Notes under the pieces: model-generated
The model's database searches: none
What the model saw: only the letters and a program-made list of their open reading frames with translations
Told to the model about the DNA's origin: nothing
Shown here: in pieces, positions 30,289-45,699 of the stretch
Layout of the letters: every line of letters begins with the position of its first letter
Position numbering within the stretch: position 1 is the first letter of the stretch
NCBI GenBank assembly: GCA_964016885.1
Contig: OZ024746.1
Span: 56,730,001 to 56,794,000, forward strand
Reading direction: 5' to 3'
DNA: 64,000 bases
Origin: Eledone cirrhosa
Taxonomy: Eukaryota
Translations under genes and position numbers: made by a program

Positions 30289-30364
<76 letters not shown>

Positions 30365-30453
30365 GGTGGTGGTGGTGGTGGTGGTGGTGGTGGTGGTGGT
30401 GGTGGCGGTGGCAGTGGTAGTAGTAGTAGTAGTAGTAGTGGTAGTAGTAGTAA

Positions 30454-30486
<33 letters not shown>

Positions 30487-30565
30487 CGGTGGTGGTAGTA
30501 GTAATAGTAGTAGTAGTAGTAGTAGTAGTAATATTAGTAGTAGTACTAGTAGTATCAGTAGCAGC

Positions 30566-30632
<67 letters not shown>

Positions 30633-30744
30633 ATGGCGGTGGTGGTGGTAGTAGTAGTAGTAGTAGTAATATTAGTAGTAGTACTAGTAGTATCAGTAGC
30701 AGTAGTAGTAGTAGTAGCAGTAGTAGTAGTAGTAGTAGAAGTAA

Positions 30745-30789
<45 letters not shown>

Positions 30790-30877
30790 AAGTAATAGTA
30801 GTAGTAGTAGTAGTAGTAACATTAGTACAAGTATTAGTAATAGTAGTTACTGGTATTATTGTAGCAATGGTAGTAGC

Positions 30878-30908
<31 letters not shown>

Positions 30909-31053
30909 ATGGCGGTGGTGGCGGTAGTAGTAGTAGTAGTAGTAGTAGTAGTTGTAGCAGTAGCACTAGTAGTAGTAGTAGTAGTAATATTAGTAGTAGT
31001 ACTAGTAGTATCAGTAGCAGTAGTAGTAGTAGTAGTAGTAGTAGTAGAAGTAA

Positions 31054-31104
<51 letters not shown>

Positions 31105-31187
31105 AAGTAATAGTAGTAGTAGTAGTAGTAGTAGTAACATTAGTACAAGTATTAGTAATAGTAGTTACTGGTATTATTGTAGCAATG

Positions 31188-31256
<69 letters not shown>

Positions 31257-31447
31257 ATGGCGGTGGTGGCGGTAGTAGTAGTAGTAGTAGCAGTAGCACT
31301 AGTAGTAGTAGTAACAGCAGCCACAAGCTGAACTATAACTACAGCCACAGATGATGCCGTCCATCTCTCAAGTTGGCAGCCGTAAAAATCACAGAAGGAA
31401 TCCCAACCAGACTATACATCAACATCAACAACATCATCATCATCATC

Positions 31448-31496
<49 letters not shown>

Positions 31497-32381
31497 CCAT
31501 CATCATCATCACCATCATCATCGCCACCATCATCGCCACCATCATCACCACCATCATCACTATCACCATCATCACCATCCTCAAATCACCACCACCATCA
31601 TCACCATCATCATCATCATCATCATCATCAGCATCATCAACATCACCATCAACATCATCATCACTATCACCATCATCACCATCCTCATCATCATCATCAC
31701 TATCACCATCATCACCATCCTCATCATCACCACCATCATCATCACCATCATCATCATCATCATCATCAATATCACCATCATCATCACTATCACCGTCACC
31801 ACCATCATCATAATCAACATCATCATCGTCTTCATCCTCATCATCACCATCCTCATCATCATCATCACCATCACCATCACCGTCACCACCATCATCGTCT
31901 TCATCATCATCATCGTCTTCATCATCACCATCATCAACATCACCATCATCATCACCATCTCCACCACCATCATCATCATCACCATCATCATCATCACCAT
32001 AATCATCACCATAACCATCACCATAGCAATGATTATCGGGATTCACAATCATCATCATCACATCATTATCATTATAATCGTCATTCTCAACACCATATGG
32101 TAAAAAAAAAAGGGCAACGACAGCCCCGCCACAAATACGTCACCATCACCATCATCACTGTAATCACGACCAACATCATTATCATCAACAATTACAACAC
32201 GATCACCGCCATCATCATCATCACCATCGCCATCATCGTCATCAGCGCCATCATCATCATCATCATCGTCGATATAAGAAATAAACAAAATGATCTCTTT
32301 TCAACATCTAGGTCATGATCATAATGATAATCATTTTAACCATCAGAATGATGACCATAATTATACTTATCATCATCATCG

Positions 32382-32427
<46 letters not shown>

Positions 32428-34787
32428 TACCATCATCATCATCATTATCGTGATCATCAGCATCATCACCATCATCATAACCAATGTTATCATCATCAAC
32501 ATGATCACCTTGATCATCAACATCGTCATCATGATGATGATCATCATTAACTTCCCCACCACCAGCAAACACAACAGCAACAATACCGCAGCTGCCACCA
32601 TGACACCCAGCACTACCATCATCATCAGCATCATCAACATCCTCTTCCAATCGTCACCAACGTTTACCATCAAAACGCCAACATCATCATCATCGTCAAT
32701 ACTAATATCGAGAATTTACTACAGAAGGATTAACATACAGACAAAACCTCTAACACCACCACCAATACCAACCACAACAACACCACGACCACCACCACCA
32801 CCACCACCACCACCAACATTAACATCAACAACCCCACCACTACCACCACCAACATCAACAACAACAACCCCACCACCACCATCACCAACATCAACAACAA
32901 CAACCCCACCACCACCACCACCATCATCAACAACAACCCCACTACCACCACCAACATCAACAACAATCCCACCACCAGCACCACCACCACCACCAACATC
33001 AACAACACCAACCCCCCCCACCACCACCACCATCAACAACAACAACCCCACCACCACCATCATCAACAACAGCCCCACCACCACCAGCAACATCAACAAC
33101 CCCACCGCCACCACCACCACCACCACCATCATCATCAACAACCACCCCACCACCAACAACAACAACAACCCCACCACCACCACCACCACCACCAACATCA
33201 TCAACAACCACCCCACCACCACCACAAACATCAACAACAACCCCACCACCACCACCAACATCAACAACAACAACCCCACCACCACCACCAACATCAACAA
33301 CAACAACCCCACCACCACCACCAACATCAACAACAACCCCACCACCAGCACCACCACCACCAACAACAACAACCCCACCACCACCACCACCACCAACATC
33401 AACAACAAAAACCCCACCACCACCAACATCCTCAACAACAACCCCACCACCACCACCAACATCAACAACAACAACAACACCACCACCACCACCACCACCA
33501 GCATCATCAACAACAACCCCACCACCACCATCATCAACAACAGCCCCACCACCACCAGCAACATCAACAACCCCACCACCACCACCACCACCATCATCAT
33601 CAACAACCACCCCACCACCAACAACAACAACAACCCCACCACCACCACCACCACCACCAACATCATCAACAACCACCCCACCACCACCACCAACATCAAC
33701 AACAACCCCACCACCACCACCAACATCAACAACAACAACCCCACCACCACCACCAACATCAACAACAACAACCCCACCACCACCACCACCACCATCATCA
33801 ACAACAACCCCACCACCACCACCAACATCAACAACAACCCCACCACCACCAACAACATCAACAACAACAACCCCACCACCACCACCAACAGCAACAACAA
33901 CAACCCCACCACCACCATCATCAACAACAACCCCACCACCACCACCACCAACATCAACAACAACAACCACACGACCACCACCAACATCAACAACAACAAC
34001 CCCACCACCAACACCACCACCATCATCAACAACAACCCCACCACCACCACTCCACCACCACCAGCATCAACAACAACAAGCCAGCCACCACCACCACCAC
34101 CACCATCATCAACAACAACCCCACCACCACTCCACCACCACCAGCATCAACAACAACAAGCCAACCACCACCACCACCACCACCATCATCAACAACAACC
34201 CCACCACCACCACCAACATCAACAACAACAACCCCACCACCACCACCACCACCATCATCAACAACAACCCCACCACCAGCATCAACAACAACAAGCCAAC
34301 CACCACCACCACCAACATCAACAACAACAACCCCACCACCACCACCACCACCACCACCAACAACAACAACAACCCAACCACCACCACCACCAACATCAAC
34401 AACAACAACACCACCACCACCACCAACATCAACAACAAACCCACCACCAGCACCACCAGCACCACCAACAACAACAACCCCACCACCACCACCAACATCA
34501 ACAACAACCCCACCACCAGCACCACCACCACCACCAACATCAACAACAACCACACCACCACCACCAACATCAACAACAACCCCACCACCAGCACCACCAG
34601 CACAATCAACAACAACAACAACCCAACCACCACCACCACCACCACCAACATCAACAACAACAACCCCACCACCACCACCAACATCAATAACAACCCCACC
34701 ACCAGCACCACCAACATCAACAACAACAAAACCACCACCACCAACATCAACAACGACAACCCCACCACCAACAACAACAACAACCCC

Positions 34788-34819
<32 letters not shown>

Positions 34820-36545
34820 CCCCACCACCACCACCACCGCCAACATCGACAACGACAACCCCACCACCACCACCAACATCAACAGCAACAACCCCACCAC
34901 TACCACCACCATCAACAACAACAACCCCACTACCACCACCACCATCAACAACAACAACCCCACCACCACCACCACCACCACCACCAACAACATCAACAAC
35001 AAACTCACCACCACCAACATCAACAACAACAACCCCACCAACAACATCAACAACAACCACACCACCACCACCAACAACAACATCAACAACAACCCCACCA
35101 CCACCAACAACATCAACAACAACAACCCCACCACCACCAACAACAACAACATCAACAACAACCCCACCACCACCACCACCAACAACATCAACAACAACCC
35201 CACCACCACCACCACCACCAACAACATCAACAACAACCCCACCACCACCACCACCAACAACATCAACAACAACCCCACCACCACCACCACCAACAACATC
35301 AACAACAACAACCCCACCACCACCACCAACAACAACATCAACAACAACCCCACCACCACCACCACCAACAACATCAACAACAACCCCACCGCCACCACCA
35401 CCACCAACAACATCAACAACAACCCCACCACCACCACCACCAACAACAACATCAACAACAACAACCCCACCACCACCACCAACAACATCAACAACAACCC
35501 CACCGCCACCACCACCACCAACAACATCAACAACAACCCCACCACCACCACCACCAACAACAACATCAACAACAACAACCCCACCACCACCACCAACAAC
35601 ATCAACAACAACCCCACCGCCACCACCACCACCAACAACATCAACAACAACCCCACCACCACCACCACCAACAACAACATCAACAACAACAACCCCACCA
35701 CCACCACCAACAACAACATCAACAACAACCCCACCACCACCACCACCAACAACATCAACAACAACAACCCCACCACCACCACCACCAACAACATCAACAA
35801 CAACCCCACCACCACCACCACCAACAACATCAACAACAACCCCACCACCACCACCACCAACAACATCAACAACAACAACCCCACCACCACCACCACCACC
35901 AACAACATCAACAACAACCACACCACCACCACCAACATCAACAACAACAACCCAAATACCACCACCACCAACATCAACAACAACACCACCACCACCACCA
36001 CCACCAACAACAACAACACCACCACCACCACAAACAACAACAACAACAGCTACAGTAGCAGCATCACCACCAATAACAAAAACAACAGTAGCAGCATCAA
36101 CAAATCCACCACCACCACCTACACCGTCGCCACCACCACCATGAACAACAACAACAACAACAACAACAACTACAGTAGCAGCATCACCACCACCAACAAC
36201 AACAACAGTATCCTCATCACCAGCAACAACACAAGTAGCAGCGGCAACATCACCAGCACCACCAACAACAGTAGCAGCATCAGCAACACCACCACCACCA
36301 ACAACAGTAACAGCATCACTCACCAAGACCACCACCAACAACAGCAGTACGATCACCACCAACAGCAACTAAAACAGCTACAGCTCCGAATGTCAGCAAC
36401 AACAACAGTGGAATGCATTACTGCTAGAGCAACTAGTGCAACTGCAGGCAATATGATACAACAACAACAATAACAGCAACAACATTATGAACATGAATCT
36501 GAACACCAGTAGCTGCATCAACAACAACAGCAACAACAGCAGTTG
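30158..36545. repeat. Compound trinucleotide tract (AGT/GGT, then CAT, then CAC/CAA) with higher-order units
   Basis: Seen directly; ~24-33 nt unit ACCACCACCAACATCAACAACAACCCC across 33-36 kb. Confidence 0.95.
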
Positions 36546-36837
36546 CAGTGCTTTATATATCATCAGTAAAAACATGCAAGCAGGTATACCGCCTATAGCA
36601 AGTGAACATTAACAAAATCAGTTGCAGTTTGGTGCATATTGACGGGATGCATATATACAGTTGGGCTGCAGTGACTGGAAGTGGCTTGCTGCAATTCTAT
36701 TTTATACTTGTGCATAGCTTGTGACATTAGTATTACAACTAACTTGCACATGTGGAAGTCTGTGGAATAAGGCGTGTGAGTGTATTCGTACATATACATT
36801 GCATTAACATGTATATATATATATGTATATGTGTGTG

Positions 36838-36936
<99 letters not shown>

Positions 36937-37099
36937 ATAAAGATTCAGCGACAAACGTAAAAATCAGAAATGATACTGGCAAAGAGCTCAATAGTTAAAC
37001 ACCAGAGCTAAACAATGTGTTAAGAAGCCATACAAAACTGAAAAGGTGGCCAAGAAGGCATTAACCACCCAAGCCAAAAGCAAATATATATATACATCA

Positions 37100-38420
37100 G
37101 GACGACGATTTCGAAACCCATTCCCTTCGCAAGGCTTCCTGCTTCAGTCAGCGTGGATATACCCCCACCTTGATCCAAGCCGCGCTTACCCGCGCACGTG
37201 AAACAGGCCGCACCACAGCCCTCTCACCTCACCCTCGCCCTCCCAAACCCCGTGTTCCTTTCCCTCTTACCTACCACACCATCACCCTACCTCTCCGGCG
37301 ACATATCCTCCGTTCCTCCCGTGTCCTCTCTTCTGACCCCGTCACTTCTCACTTTTTTCCAAACCCACCCATTACTGCTTTTAAGCGCGCCCGCAACCTC
37401 CGCGACCTCCTGGTTCGCAGTTCCTTTTCGTCCTCTCCCACGACTCCACCCGGCTCTCATCCTTGTTCCCATTCCCGCTGCAACATTTGTTCCTTTATTT
37501 CCACAATCACTACTCTTACAGTCCCTTCACCTATACATCCACCCACGTTGCCTATGCACTCCGGTGTTCTCTTTGCGGGTTTCTATATACCGGACAAAAG
37601 GGATACCGTATGGCGGACCGTTTTGCCGAACGTTTGAGGGACATACGACTCGGTTTGGATATTCTTGTCGCCCATCACTTTTGTTCGCCTGGTCATTGTT
37701 CCTTACATGTTTCAGTCCAGGGTGTCCTTTTACATCATGGATCACAGGCCTCGCGCACCAGGACTGAACAAAGCCTGATTCACCGCCTTGGACTCAACTA
37801 ACCTCCCCAGTTTCTCTAATACCCCGTCCATTACCACACCCCTAGATTCCTATCGCTTTCGCTTGATCATTAGTGCTCCTCTTACAACTAATACATGCCG
37901 GCTAGATATGCTCACTCTGCTTTCCCCTTCACATATACACCCTTATATTAACATACTTTTGCTCATAGCTTCGTACTTACACGCACACAGCATCTTCTAC
38001 TCAAATATACACAGAGAGTTGTTCTTAGCTTCGTACAGACGTATAATAACACACACACAGACAAGCACATTCATGCGCACGTGCTCAAGTATAGCTCTTT
38101 TTACAAAACGGTTTTTCTTCCATTTCAGGTAGACGCGCTCCATTATCCACTTTTCTAAACAAATATATCATACACAAAACGCCAGCACCGACAGTTTTGC
38201 AAGAGATGTCAACATGAATGGACCTGTTACATTTATCTAAAGACATTTTTTCCAATTCCATCCCGCCCGTCCCCTCAATCTATTTTATTTCTCATTCTTT
38301 CTACTGATGAAGGATTAGCGTCCGAAAGGTTAAGAGCCTCTTGCTGCTATATCAAGCGTTAACCTAATATATACCTTCCATATACGGTACCGATCTTGTT
38401 ATTTCTGTTTACCTTTTACA
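37100..38420 (+). mobile_element. 5'-truncated decayed Penelope-like element
   Basis: RGYTP...PFPLTYH...PITAFKRARNLRDLLVRS, Cys linker CSHSRCNIC, GIY-YIG remnant VAYALRCSLCGFLYTGQKGYRMADRFAERLRDI; frameshifted; HHR near 3' end. Confidence 0.8.
38299..38336 (+). ncRNA. Minimal type I hammerhead at PLE 3' end
   Basis: ttcta-CTGATGA-aGGA-ttagcg-TCC-GAAA-ggt-TA-agag; intact core, imperfect stem III. Confidence 0.65.
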
Positions 38421-38543
38421 CACACACACACACACACACACAATGTATATAAAGTAATAATAATACATTTGAAGGCTAAAATCCAAAGAGGGTTCCCGTT
38501 AAGGGTGAAAGCAGCGATTCTTTGCTTAAACTTTAATCTGTTA

Positions 38544-38581
<38 letters not shown>

Positions 38582-38613
38582 TAGATCGATACATAGATAT
38601 ATATGTAAATACA

Positions 38614-38797
38614 TATTTAATATAGAAATGGCTTGTGTAGGACTAAAACTGGAAGGAAATCATCAGGAAATCATCAATGCTTTCCTGATGATTTCCTTCG
38701 AATGAAACAGTTCTAGTCCTGTAGAAGCTATTTCTATATTAAATATTTATACTCTGCTATGTATCGAGTACCTTACCCACGACTGAACTCGGGTTAC
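38614..38797 (+). mobile_element. Family A fold-back element
   Basis: Left arm 38614-38670 inverted to right arm 38681-38748, axis ~38675, tail 38749-38797 ending in (CA)n. Confidence 0.8.
38681..38727 (+). ncRNA. Type I hammerhead ribozyme (family A)
   Basis: TTTC-CTGATGA-tTTC-cttc-GAAt-GAAA-CAG-ttctagtc-CTG-TA-GAAG; all three stems pair; loop III contains palindrome CTAG. Confidence 0.75.
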
Positions 38798-38882
38798 ACA
38801 CACACACGCACACAAATACACACACATGCACACACATACACACAGACACACACGTACGCGCACGCGCACCCACGCACCCACG

Positions 38883-38942
<60 letters not shown>

Positions 38943-38948
<6 letters not shown>

Positions 38949-39050
38949 TGTAATAAACTACATAAGATAATTATTTCATTTACCAGTGGTTTCTTGAAAG
39001 CAAGCAAAATTTGTTTTCCGTCATCGGAATGATAAAATCCTGGTGTATTT
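38943..39050 (-). mobile_element. Family D pLTR end with decayed hammerhead (38974-39035)
   Basis: Homologous to 51133-51232; core reads CCGATGA...GAAA-ccactgg-TA-aatga. Same strand as, and possibly the 3' end of, the PLE at 40640-41300. Confidence 0.65.
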
Positions 39051-39188
39051 ATTGAAAGTGGATTTTAAAAACAAAAATATAATCTATATGAAAGTGAGGC
39101 TGGAAAAGGAAGAAGGAAAGGAAAAAGAATAAATATAAAAGTAGATAAGCACACATGCACACACACACACGCCCACGCACACACACAT

Positions 39189-39261
<73 letters not shown>

Positions 39262-39371
39262 TATATACACATACATACACACACGTAAATATATATATAT
39301 ATATATATAAATATATATATATCCATACATACACATACACATAAATGCACAAACACATATATACATATATA

Positions 39372-39429
<58 letters not shown>

Positions 39430-39792
39430 CATATATATACACACACACATACACATATATATATATACACACGTACAAACACACACATACATACACACAT
39501 ATATACACGCATACATACGCGCACCCATATATAGATATATATACAGACACCTACATACGCACACACACAATTAATTATAAGAAGAAATAAAAGAAAAAAG
39601 AAAAAACAATGAACAAACATATAATGCAATAGGTCGTCACATAAACAAAAATATACGACTTAAGAAAATAAAAATTATTATAAAGTTGACAGCGATACAC
39701 GAAAGGACACAAATAAATAAACAAACACACGTGGTAAGCAATACACATACACATACATATAAATATATTATACATACACACACACATATACA

Positions 39793-39918
<126 letters not shown>

Positions 39919-40225
39919 AGACAATACAAACATATTGTATATATATTAAAATAAAAAGGTGGAAGGGGTAAACAAATAGTTGGGAATACGACAAATAATA
40001 AATAAATAAATAAATAAATAAATAAAGGTATACATCTTTACAGGTGATTTAGATCACTCAACAAGTTCCTGGACCAAATAATTAATGAAAATAAACATTA
40101 AATCACTATGTATGTAATTATGCATATACATACACATATATACATACACATATATACATACACACACAGACACACACAACCATAAAAATATTCATATATA
40201 CACATATATTCACATATACATATAC

Positions 40226-40291
<66 letters not shown>

Positions 40292-40325
40292 GATATATAT
40301 AATTATATACACGCATATACATACA

Positions 40326-40413
<88 letters not shown>

Positions 40414-40639
40414 CACATATACACAACACATACATACACACAGAAATAAATATCTATAAATAAAAAAGATCGGTATGTAAAGGGTAAGGTAGAAAGTAAA
40501 AGTTTAAGGAAAATAAATAACAGGAAAAAGTTTAAATATGAGTGGAGATAAGGGAGAACAATAATATAAGGGTAGAGAAAATGAGTTCAGAGAGTAATAC
40601 AAATCGTAGTGGATGTAAGGCATAAAGAGCAGAGAAGAA

Positions 40640-41298
40640 ATTCAAGGTGGCTGAGTCATCGTAGGAATGTCAATCCAGTTACAGAGCAGATGTGATTTAA
40701 GGTGAGGACAACATCTGAACATCTTGGTCTTGGAGTTCAGGTAAGTTGAAGTGGCTTTCAAGTTTTGTAGAATTCTAAATTTTTCAGTGGTACACAAAGA
40801 ACAATTCTTTGTGCCCCTTTGGTATTCCTTCGAATGGTCTAAAATAGACCAATCGATAGAGTACGGGATGTTTTTTATCTTTGAATTCCCACACATTATT
40901 TGCGAGAGCCCTTGCTGTTCTTTTATCTGAGTGTGTAAAAGAAACGACATGTGCATAAAACCTGGTTTTGAACCTGTCCTGAGTCATGCCAACATATCGT
41001 TCACTCCGGGCTGGCTGGTTGTTAATCAAAGGTATCACTTTGGCCTCACTTACTACGGATTTGGTATTACATTTGCCCTGTAATGGGCATTCATCCGGCT
41101 TCCTGCAACTGCATCCTGGATTTATTCTCTTACGATTATAATTGGTGATTTTCGACTTCATTGTTGGGCAGCAAGAGTAACTGATTTTAACTACATTTCT
41201 ATTTAATATCGTAAAATATCTATGATTAGGGCGAAAATGTTTGTCTAAGAGGTCAAGGAATTTCCTTCCTACATTAGTTTTGACAGTTAGAGAGAATG

Positions 41299-41300
<2 letters not shown>
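40640..41300 (-). mobile_element. Penelope-like element fragment (linker plus GIY-YIG endonuclease)
   Basis: PFSLTVKTNVGRKFLDLLDKHF...VKISYSC...CSCRKPDECPLQGKCNTKSVV...YVGMTQDRFKTRFYAH, then frameshifted CSLCTTEKFRIL...LNSK; 5'-truncated at (TA)n. Confidence 0.85.
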
Positions 41301-41373
<73 letters not shown>

Positions 41374-41560
41374 GCAAAAGGCAAACAGAAATACCAAACG
41401 ACATAGTACAATGAAGAAATATATTATTAGTTTTACGCTTGATATAATAGGCAAAGTCTCTTAATGTGAATATATATATATAATACGTATGTGTGTTGCA
41501 TGTATGTATATAGGTATGCACGTGTATATGTGTGTATGTTTATATGTACGTACGTATGTC

Positions 41561-42170
41561 AGGTCACCAGTTGGTGCTACTGGTAACATGTATCCCAGTA
41601 CAACCTGTCTCATGGTCGGGTCGTTGGCGACTAAACTGGCAACCCCACCAAGGTTTCTTGGTGAGGAGGGTGACTTTGGACATCCTGCAGGACTAAAATC
41701 AAAACCTGTCAAAGGGCAAAGTAACTCTTAAGTGTCAATGGCCATCCAAAATCACCGGGAGAGATGACCACTTAGTCCTTGTCAAGGCAGAATTCTAGGA
41801 GAAGGAAAACTCTGGTATAGCACCTGCAACCCTGATGTTATCCAATGATGTTCACTTGTTCTTCCTTTTGGTAAATATGATATTGGTTAAGAGAGTGGGA
41901 CTAGCTTTGTGCAGTGCCTTTGCTCACTATAAAAGCTTCACTGCACATGCATTGCTTTATATCTGGAGATCTCTCTGCACTTGTCGTCACATGGTACCAT
42001 GGGCCCAGCACTATGTGTCAATAATTGTCACAAGTGTAGTGTTTGTACCAGAGTCTTCAAGTCGCTGGCTGGACTAAAAAGTCACACTCGTTCAGCGCAT
42101 CGGTAGGGGTCGTCCTTCATGGATATAAAATAGTGGCTGTACTCGAAAACGAGTTGGCACCCACCACCGA
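41561..42170 (+). mobile_element. Bipartite RTE-derived non-autonomous element (5' UTR-like part plus 3' end)
   Basis: CTAGGAGAAGGAAAACTCTG motif resembling RTE 5' UTRs joined to the 3' block also present at 4826-5430. Confidence 0.6.
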
Positions 42171-42776
42171 TGTATGTATGTATGCATGTGCGTATGTGTG
42201 TATGTATGTGTGTGTGACTGTGTGTATGTTTATACGAGTGTGTGGATGTCTGTGTCTGAATTGTTATTTATTCGTATGACGTCTCATATTCAGTAGATAT
42301 ATCCTTTATTTATATGTTTCAGATATGTTTACCCAGCTATTTTTCTAGCATTAATAATATTGCAGTACATCCTAGAATATCGTCAACCTTGTATCTTCAG
42401 GTTTAAATACATTTATTAACGTCTGTGTATATTGTCGACCAAGCTGGTGTTTCGGATAATTTCTCAGTTGTCGTTTATTTTAAGAGGATGATTAAGAATA
42501 ACCCATACAAGATATATGAATATATATTGCTAAGACACAAGTCATTCAATCAAAACCCTAGCGTAGAGAGTGTCGTAGTTGCATGGCAAGAGACATGTGT
42601 TTGCGGTTTTATTTTTCCGGCCATTAAACAACCTGAAATTATTACATTTTTTTCATTTCTTGACATTGTTGAAGTAAGCCCTACCAGGATTACGTTCATC
42701 ATTTAATAAAATATCTACAGACAACAGCATAATATCTACATATCCTTCTAGTTCTTCTTCTATATCATATTCGGTA

Positions 42777-43800
42777 AACTTCAGTTGGATATTCTTTCAG
42801 TTGTTATTTAGCTCCTGATTGGATATTCTTTCAGTTGTTATTTAGCTCCAGATTGGATATTCTTTCAGTTATTGTTATTTAGCTCCAGATTGGTTATTCT
42901 TTCAGTGGTTATTTAGCTCCAGATTGGATATTATTTCAGTGGTTATTTAGCTCCAGATTGAATATTCTTTCAGTGGTTATTTAGCTCCAGATTGGATATT
43001 CTTTCAGTGGTTATTTAGCTCCAGATTGGATATTCTTTCAGTGGTTATTTAGCTCCAGATTGAATATTCTTTCAGTGGTTATTTAGCTCCAGATTGTATA
43101 TTCTTTCAGTTGTGTTTATTTAGCTCCAGATTGGATATTCTTTCAGTGGTTATTTAGCTCCAGATTGGATATTCTTTCAGTTGTTGTTATTTAGCTCCGG
43201 ATTGGATATTATTTCAGTTCATATTTAGCTCCAGATTGGATATTCTTTCAGTTGTTATTTAGCTCCAGATTGGATATTCTTTCAGTTACTGTTATTTAGC
43301 TCCGGATTTGGTATTCTTTCAGTTCATATTTAGCTCCAGATTGGATATTCTTTCAGTTATTGTTATTTAGCTCCAGATTGGATATTCTTTCAGTTATTGT
43401 TATTTAGCTCCAGATTGGATATTCTTTCAGTTCATATTTAGCTCCAGATTGGATATTCTTTCAGTTGATATTTAGCTCCAGATTGGATATTCTTTCAGTT
43501 ACTGTTATTTAGCTCCGGATTTGGTATTCTTTCAGTTGATATTAACTCCATATTGGATATTCTTTCAGTTGATATTTAGCTCCAGATTGGATATTCTTTC
43601 AGTTGATATTTAGTTCCTGATTGGATATTCTTCCAGTTGTTGAAGAATTTAGCTACGGATTGGATATTCTTTCTGTTGATATTTAGCTCCAGATTGGATA
43701 TTCTTTCAGTTATTGTTATTTAGCTCCAGATTGGATATTCTTTCAGTTATTGTTATTTAGCTCCAGATCTAAATAACAACTGAATGAATATCCAATTCTG
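42777..43800. repeat. ~34-38 bp minisatellite, roughly 28 units, with one terminal inverted unit
   Basis: Unit AGATTGGATATTCTTTCAGT(GG/TG/TATTG)TTATTTAGCTCC; 43769-43800 is an inverted unit. Confidence 0.95.
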
Positions 43801-45369
43801 ATATAATCGAGCATTGATCAAAGGTGTTCCTGCCTTAATTTCTTCCGTCATTTCATTCAGATAGTGTGCATCTTGTATACATTCAGGCATGACCTGTTAG
43901 GTGAGACATGAAGGAAATTTTACGGCTATATTTAGCAAGCCGAGAAATCAACTTTTAACTTAATTTTAGTTTATTAGTGTAGTTAGTTTTAGTGACTAAG
44001 ACAGTATTGGTAGATTTACTAGTATGATTCCCTGTGTGTGTCGTTAGTTTCGGTAATTACAATATAGTATTAGTACACTATATTCCGATATACTCATATA
44101 TACTATACTATGACGGTTTATGATTATAGTTTTATAGTGCTATACAGCATAGGGCTACTATATTATGGCAATATTATAGTTTTGGTGGTTATTTGTTAGA
44201 GTTCCTAGCTATACCAGAAGTATCGTTATCATACGTAGATAAACGTGTTGGAATGTGTCGATAAACCAGTATATATCCTTGTTTAGACCAGCAGATGTTG
44301 GTGGCTTCATTATATAGAATTAGTATATATTTTATCTAACCTCTTTGATGGCAAGATACAGTGTATATACTGTAGCGATATGTAAGGTGGTGTTGGGGTT
44401 AGTGCTCTAATGCTATGTTGGCTGAACGTAATGACTCATAAGAGGTATTTATGGGTAAGAAGGCGTAGAGACTGTCGTTGATAAACAAGAGTGGTGAAGG
44501 AGAAATACGTGAAATAAAACCTATAAGTACTTGCACGAAAAACTGTCACATTTAGTTATTCAATAAATGTTCAAATAATATTTTAATTAAATATTTAAAC
44601 ATTACATTATTAATTTTTACCAAATTTAGAGTTGTGTGCTGATGAAATATATCATCTAATAGTGGGCTGGTAGATCCAAACAAGCTTGGGAACTTCTGAT
44701 AAATAGACTACATCAATAGAACCATGACAAGTAATCTACTTTATATATTAGTTACCATTACATAATAACTGTAAAGTAAACGTTTATAAAGATGTATACG
44801 TCGAAAACCTCGGAATAAACAATTAATGCATATATAGTATTCAACATGGTGCTATGTCTATAAAACAAATTCAAAATTGGATGCCATTTTAAACATATGA
44901 TTAAAGATGTGTATATGTGATCAACCAGCATTTTCTCAGGGAAAACAATGTAAGTTAATTAAGAATTCTAAGTGGCTTGCACAAAATATATTCATTGGAT
45001 CAATCGCAATTTACTTTGAAAGTTAATGAGGAGAAATTTTATAAATAAATAGATTTTTCTCTATTGAAAGGCACGCCATTTTCTAATGAACGGAAATTCG
45101 CATTTCATGCATGTTTGTTTCTGTTGCAGTGGAAAAGGGTGTGTATTGTACATCACGCACATATCTTTTATGGAATTAATTTGCATATGGAAGTCAATTG
45201 GCGCCAGTGGTAATGCATATAATAATATATAAGATTAAGTGTACATGAGTATGTACATATTTATACATACAATGATACATAGAGATTCAGGCAAGCACAG
45301 ACAAACACACATACACAACACACACACACACATACACAAATACATACATATATATACATATATATATGC

Positions 45370-45450
<81 letters not shown>

Positions 45451-45468
45451 CATATATGTATATATATA

Positions 45469-45537
<69 letters not shown>

Positions 45538-45699
45538 GTGTGTGTGTGTGTATATATATATATGTGTGTGTGTATATATATATGCATATATGTATATATA
45601 TATATATATATATGAAAACAGGGAGAAAGAGGAGATTATTAGGAAGAACATTTTTTTTTTCTTTTTTATTTCTATCTCTCTTTTTTCTGGGCTAGAAGA

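Noticed and set aside
30158-36368. 398-791 aa ORFs resembling mucins or poly-Ser/Thr/Asn/Val proteins
   Set aside because: Open in several frames on both strands because the trinucleotide repeats lack stops; no signal peptide, domain or splice support.
42777-43800. CRISPR-like regular ~35-bp repeats
   Set aside because: No unique spacers, no cas genes, eukaryotic context.
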